Assembly (NCBI GenBank): GCA_013416795.1
Contig: RQSC01000383.1
Location: 1-12,617 of the forward strand
Length of the DNA stretch: 12,617 bases
Origin: Prasinococcaceae sp. CCMP 1430
Taxonomy: Eukaryota; Plantae; Prasinodermophyta
Direction of reading: 5' to 3'
The translations under genes were made by a program, and so were the position numbers. Positions 8,093-12,617 of this stretch are shown here, one piece after another (within the stretch, counting starts at the first letter, position 1; every line of letters begins with the position of its first letter). The notes beneath the pieces are model-generated. The model worked only from the letters and a program-made list of their open reading frames with translations, was not told where the DNA came from and did not search any database.

Positions 8093-9781
8093 GTGACAGC
8101 GCGGATAAGGCGGCGGCGTGCGCTGGCGCGCGGGGCGGCCACACGGTGCGCTGAGGCGCACGCGGGAGGGGTTACCGCGGCTGGTGGCCGCCTCTCGGAG
8201 GGGGCGCCGCGTTCGCCGGGAGGGGCGTGCGTGGGGGCCAGGCGCGGGGGCGGCTCCGCTCCGGCCCACCGCAGCCGCGCGGCGGCGGCAGCCGAAGCCG
8301 GCGCGGGCGACGAGGCGAGCGCCTTCCCGGCGGACGCGACCGCGCTTGTCGATGAGCAGGTGGGCGCGGTGGCGGAGCGCTGTGGGCTGCGCACGGGACG
8401 GCTAGACGTGGCGGACGGCCCGAACGGGCGCGGTCTCTTCGCCGCCAAGGACTTCGAACCCGGCGAGCCACTGCTCGCTGTGCCGCTGGGGCTGTGCGTG
8501 CTCGTCGAGCGCGCCGAAGCCATCTCCGTGCCCGGCGCGTCGTGGGCCGAGCTCACCAGTGGAAAGGTCGAGGGATTCGAGCGCATGCAGACCTTCCATG
8601 AGACGTATCCCCTGCCGTGGTCCATCCGTGCCTCGCTCGCACTGCTCGACCTCGTGGACGGCTCCGGCGGTCGCTTCTGGCAGCAGTACGCGAGCCTGCT
8701 GCCCGCGCCCGAGGACTACAGCCTGCCGCTCGTGCTGCCCGACGAGCTCCTGGACCTCATGGCGGACGAAACGCTCGCGGAGGAGAGCCGCGAGCAGCGG
8801 CGTGAGCTCTTCGCCATGTGCCCCAGCCTCGCCGAGGCCGACGGCTCGGACGGGTTGGAGCGCCGCGGCGCGCTGTGGGCGGCCGCGTGCGTGCGCTCGC
8901 GCGGCTTCGCGCTGGGCGACGAGCTCTTCGCTGTCGCGCCCTTCCTCGACATGGCCAACCACACCGCCCGGCCCAACGCCGAGGTGGGCACGCAGGCCAT
9001 CACGCGCCTCGGCGGGGCGCCCACAGGCAACCTGCAGCTGGTGGCGACGCGCCCCATCAAGGCGGGCGAGGAGGTCACCATCTCCTACGGCCCGGCGCTC
9101 ACCAACGAGCAGCTCTTCACGCGCTACGGCTTCACGCTCGAGCCCCCGCCACCGAGAGACGGCGTCGCGTTCGCGTGCGTGGCCAACGCGGAGATCCGCG
9201 CGGAGGCACAGCGCGGTGCGGAGGCCGCCAACGAGATGGACCTGCCGCCGCGCCCGCCGCTGTGCTTGGACCTGCTCGCGTTCGAGGCGGCGGCTGCGGA
9301 CGCGGAGCGGCGTGGGGGGGGTAGCTGGCTACGGAGCGTGCAGGAAGATCCTGTGCTAAAGTCGGCGCTGGCGTCGTTGCCTCTGCACGACCCGTCCGAG
9401 TCCATCGGACCCCCAGTGGACCCCGAGACAGAGCTCGCGAGTGCCCGGGAGCTGCTGGAAGAGGCGACGATCCGCCTCGACGGGGCGGCGGACCCGGACG
9501 AGGACCAGGAGTGGCTGGACGAGTACGGTCCACAGATGGAGGACTACCGCGCGGTCGCGTGCGTGGCGTATCGCGCAAGGCGCACGCGCGTGTGGCTGCG
9601 GTGCCAGTCGCTACTCGCGACGTACGTGGCCTCGCTGGAGGCCGCTGGCGTGGGAAGCGACGAGTATGTGGCCGAGAAGGAGAGGCGGAAGGCGGAGCGC
9701 GCGCAGGAGATGGCGCGCGCAAGCTCGGGGTGGCGCGACGCCCCAGCGGTAAGGGGCTTCAGGCGCCGCGAGTCCGTGTGA
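8093..9781 (+). CDS. SET-domain protein lysine methyltransferase, Rubisco-LSMT/SETD3-like; apparently intronless, start codon unresolved
   Basis: GRGLFAAKDFEPGEPLLAVP (N-SET), YASLLP, LWAAACVRSRGF, APFLDMANH, ATRPIKAGEEVTISYG and NEQLFTRYGF. The C-terminal helical region (RAVACVAYR) resembles the LSMT substrate-binding domain. Stop at 9779-9781, with GTAATA at 9882. Confidence 0.88.
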   Translation: MTARIRRRRALARGAATRCAEAHAGGVTAAGGRLSEGAPRSPGGACVGARRGGGSAPAHRSRAAAAAEAGAGDEASAFPADATALVDEQVGAVAERCGLRTGRLDVADGPNGRGLFAAKDFEPGEPLLAVPLGLCVLVERAEAISVPGASWAELTSGKVEGFERMQTFHETYPLPWSIRASLALLDLVDGSGGRFWQQYASLLPAPEDYSLPLVLPDELLDLMADETLAEESREQRRELFAMCPSLAEADGSDGLERRGALWAAACVRSRGFALGDELFAVAPFLDMANHTARPNAEVGTQAITRLGGAPTGNLQLVATRPIKAGEEVTISYGPALTNEQLFTRYGFTLEPPPPRDGVAFACVANAEIRAEAQRGAEAANEMDLPPRPPLCLDLLAFEAAAADAERRGGGSWLRSVQEDPVLKSALASLPLHDPSESIGPPVDPETELASARELLEEATIRLDGAADPDEDQEWLDEYGPQMEDYRAVACVAYRARRTRVWLRCQSLLATYVASLEAAGVGSDEYVAEKERRKAERAQEMARASSGWRDAPAVRGFRRRESV

Positions 9782-10198
9782 GCGTGCAAATCTGTGCTGG
9801 AAACTGGGGGCGCGCGCGAGCGCTCCCCCCATGCCACTCCACCCCACCCCAACCCCCTCCGGCCGGACTCTGCAACACACGGTAATATCCACGCTTCTCT
9901 GAGGGCGTTGTATCTTACTCTCGCGTGTGCACATCGCTGCTTCTTCGCTCGTGTCTTGTCGCTGGAGCACGCGCCATGTCAGCGAACGCATGCGTGCGCG
10001 GCTCCACCTCACCTAACGTTGTCGTTCAGTTCTTGCTGGCGTGCTTAGGTACCCACCGACGAATGAGCGTTGGCACTGTTCTACATACTCTACTATGAGC
10101 CTCCTTCGTAGTACTTCAAGTACCAGGTACCAACCTCAAGCTGCAATATTCGGGGGAAAGCGGGGGGGTTCTCCGTGCTTGTGCCTCTCGCTGGTCTA

Positions 10199-10799
10199 CT
10201 ATGCGCATCCCTGTGCGGTGTAGAAGCAAGGCGGATAGCCCTTGCATCTGTCTGGCGTGTTTGGACGGTAGGGGAGGCACGCTGCGTCCGTGGGGGTGTG
10301 CAGAGGGGCGTCGCGTGTCAGTGTTTCGTACGTATGCAATTGCAGCGGAGTCTGGACTTGCTACGGCCTAGCCGTCCCAGCAGAGCGATTCGCGCGCTCA
10401 CGCACAGCCGCAACAGTTGGAGAAGTGATTGCATATCGTGCCTGGCCACAGGCATGTGTTCGACGCCACGACTGAGTGGTGCACCATCGCGCACTCGCCG
10501 TCAATGCACTCGGTGTCACCGCAAAAGGCGCTGTCAGTGGCGTTTGGGTTGAGGTTCATGACGCAGTCCTTGAGCATGCAGCAGTCCGCGGACGTCGTGC
10601 ACTTCCCGTTCAGGGGCATGCAGCCGGACTCGGTAGGGGCGGTAATGCTGTGGTCCCCATTCGAGTCTCCGTTCGAGTCTTCCGCAAGCAGCGCGCGCGC
10701 GGCAAGCGTGGGAGCAGGCACCGCGCACGCCACGATGAGCGCCGCGGCGAGAGAGACGAGAAGGGCGGCGCGGGGGCGTGGCATCATTGTCGCAGCCAT
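10199..10799 (-). CDS. Secreted cysteine-rich protein with two cystine-knot-like domains, 148 aa (exons 10799-10402 and 10247-10199, or the 4-nt-shifted variant 10799-10406 and 10251-10199)
   Basis: ATG in GCG-ATG-G context and a hydrophobic N-terminus (AALLVSLAAALIVACAVPAPTLA). Two C-X6-C-X5-CC repeats. Donors GTGCGT (10405) and GTGAGC (10401), branch CACTGAC at ~10320, acceptors CCAG (10252) and ACAG (10248). The spliced exon adds CKGYPPCFYTAQGCA followed by tandem TAG TAG. Confidence 0.78.
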
Positions 10800-11394
10800 C
10801 GCGGGTGTGCAGAGAGAGACGGCGCGCGCAATTGCTTCACAGGCAGTGGCGCGACGTGTGCGAGCTGTGGCACGCCGCGTGCGGCACGCAGGGCCCGGGG
10901 GCTGCCGGCCCTTTGCTACTGCGTCACGCGCGCCGGTCGAGTGGGGTCGGCGCGTGGCGCTGCGCGCACACCGGACGCCGTAGAGACGAAACGTATCGGC
11001 AAAGGCGACAGTTAGGTGCTGACTCAGCCAAATCCAATCCCATCCTGCGACTCGCGCGTGTTCAAGACGGACGTCAAACGCACGCGTTGAAAACATTGCC
11101 GCCCGTGCGGTCCACAGGCAGCACGTTGTCCGCACGTGCAGTTGGTTGCGGGGGGTGTCTTGGAGCCACGGGAGACGCGCCGGAAGCAGGGCGCAGCGAG
11201 CCTGCAGCGCGCTGCTCGTATGTTGGGGCTCTCTCACACCCACGTCAGCATTTTTAGTACAGTACGTCAGCATTTTTTGGATGTGTGGCGGGGAGGTTGT
11301 TTGTTTCAATGTTTCGCATGCATTGGCAGGTGCCAGCGCAGGACGTGGGAATCCGTCGGCGCAAAAACTTGACTTCAATGTCAATGATATATAA

Positions 11395-11399
11395 TTACA
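11395..11399 (-). terminator. TGTAA poly(A) signal of the SDR gene
   Basis: GTGTAATTATAT on the minus strand, ~120 nt after the SDR stop. Confidence 0.6.
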
Positions 11400-11521
11400 C
11401 CCACAGGAGAGTACCCTCTCGCGAGTCCGCCCGCGCGCGCCGGCGGGAGTGGCGCTCGGCGGCCTCGCAGGCTGATCGGCACGTGGCCCGCGTCGTGCCG
11501 CCACGCCGGTCTCGTGAAGGC

Positions 11522-12617
11522 CTACGCGGCGACGGCGGCGAGGTCCTCGACGAGCGCGCCTACGCGGCCGAAGTCGTACGTGACGCGCGTGAGGCGCTCC
11601 GACTCGGCCCACAGCCTGGCGGCGTGGGCGTTGTTGCGCGCGGCCGCTGATGGCTCGGCCCATTCGTGCACACCCGGTCGGCCCTTGAGCGCCTGCTCCG
11701 ACATGTACCTACCACTGACGCCCTCGGCTTCGTCGCTGGTCGCCAGGAACATCTGCCCACGCACGCCGCTCTCCACGTCGATCAGGACGCCGGCCGGTTT
11801 GAAGAGCAAATCATAGGCCGGGATGGGCAGATTGCGCGGCAGGGCGGTGTCGACTACCCCTGGGTGGCACGCGTTAGAGGTCACGCCCGAGCCCGCGTCG
11901 GCGAGCTTTCGCGCGAGCTCGTTGCTGAAGAGCACGTTGGCGAGCTTGCTCTGCCCATACGCCGTCCACCCGAGACCACCGTAGCCGAAGGGCCATGCAG
12001 CGCTCTGGAGGTCGTCAAAGTTCATCTTGTGACGGGGAACCGGTGGCGCGCGTCAGCACACCCACAGGCGCGAGCGCGCGCGCACTCAGGCGAGCGCGTG
12101 CACCGCGCAAGTGTACCGCGCGCGCACGCACCACGCCAAACTCGTGCGCCGACGAGGCCACGGTGACTACGCGACAATCCGGCGCCATGGCCTCCAGCAG
12201 CCCTCCGGTCAGGGCGAAGTGGCCGAGATGGTTGGTGCCAAACTGCAGCTCGAAGCCATCCTCGGTCACGCGGCGCGTGGGTGGTGCCATTACGCCTGCG
12301 TTGTTCATCAGCACGCTGACGCCGCGCGCGCCGTACTCGCTCTTGAAAGTGTCGCAGAACTCGGCTATTCCACGCAGGGACGCCAGGTCGCACTGCATGA
12401 ATCGCGCATCGCCACCGGCTGTGACGCCATTCGTCTGAGCTCGCTCGCGCACGGCCGCGGCGGCTTCCTCGCCACGCCCGCTGTCACGACAGGCGAGCAC
12501 CACCTCGAAGCCGCCGCACGCGAGGCGCTCGGCGGCGAGCCGCCCGAGGCCTACGTTAGCTCCCGTAACCACAGCGACGCGCGGCGCAGCCGCCGCCGCC
12601 GCGGCCGCCGAGGCGCC
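11522..12617 (-). CDS. Short-chain dehydrogenase/reductase, retinol-dehydrogenase/WWOX/Tic32-like; 5' end beyond the window (exons >=12617-12132, 12025-11522)
   Basis: VVTGANVGLG (TGxxxGxG), LACRD, CDLASL, NNAGVM, DGFELQFGTNHLGHF, VTVASSAH, catalytic YGQSK and HPGVVDT. Donor GTG|GTGCGT at 12131 and acceptor CACAAG|ATG at 12026 are phase 0 and give HEFGVMNFDDL. GCTGAC branch motif present. Confidence 0.95.

Noticed and set aside
1166-9885. Many long overlapping or antisense Ala/Arg-rich ORFs in the track (e.g. 1670..2578, 2965..3645, 5961..6749, 8086..8625, 9132..9722)
   Set aside because: These are shadow frames of GC3-rich genes and (GC)n introns, with no motifs or independent gene signals.
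10800-11663. 288-codon open frame upstream of and in frame with the cysteine-rich gene (ORF 10398..11663)
   Set aside because: It has no coding-like codon bias, overlaps the SDR end and its TGTAA signal, and would bury the signal peptide. Stops are scarce in this GC-rich, TA-poor DNA. It is not formally excluded, and 5' RACE would settle it.
3651-12131. Introns as introner-like repeated elements
   Set aside because: By eye the introns share only low-complexity GCGC content and branch motifs, with no extended mutual similarity or terminal repeats.
1-12617. rRNA, tRNA, CRISPR array, transposase or other prokaryotic systems
   Set aside because: No such signatures were recognised. The window is an intron-containing eukaryotic locus.
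1656-12617. The eight genes as one functional cluster or pathway
   Set aside because: The functions are unrelated (trafficking, inositol phosphate, methyltransferase, redox, PSII assembly). Close spacing is explained by genome compaction.

Overview
This is a very GC-rich, gene-dense eukaryotic nuclear window with spliceosomal introns and two N-gaps (744-1142, 3126-3301). A green alga is inferred from the LPA2 homologue, UGUAA-type poly(A) signals and telo-boxes. Eight genes were reconstructed by hand from GT-AG sites, CTGAY-type branch points and phase checks: a 64-aa single-TM microprotein (+), a DUF1997 protein (-), LPA2 (+), a p24delta/TMED10-type cargo receptor (-), IPK1 (-), a Rubisco-LSMT-like SET protein (+), a secreted cysteine-rich protein (-) and a 5'-truncated SDR (-). 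The most interesting element is the orphan secreted precursor at 10199-10799. It has a signal peptide, an RALL motif, an acidic spacer and two tandem cystine-knot-like domains, and the second domain is completed only by a small exon that the ORF track misses. Other oddities are a ~70-aa charged insert in the p24 GOLD domain built from two skippable exons, a SET ORF with no AUG before its conserved core, and an IPK1 missing one family motif. All family assignments come from recognising motifs by eye; no database search was run. I see no clear evidence of a multi-gene novel system.
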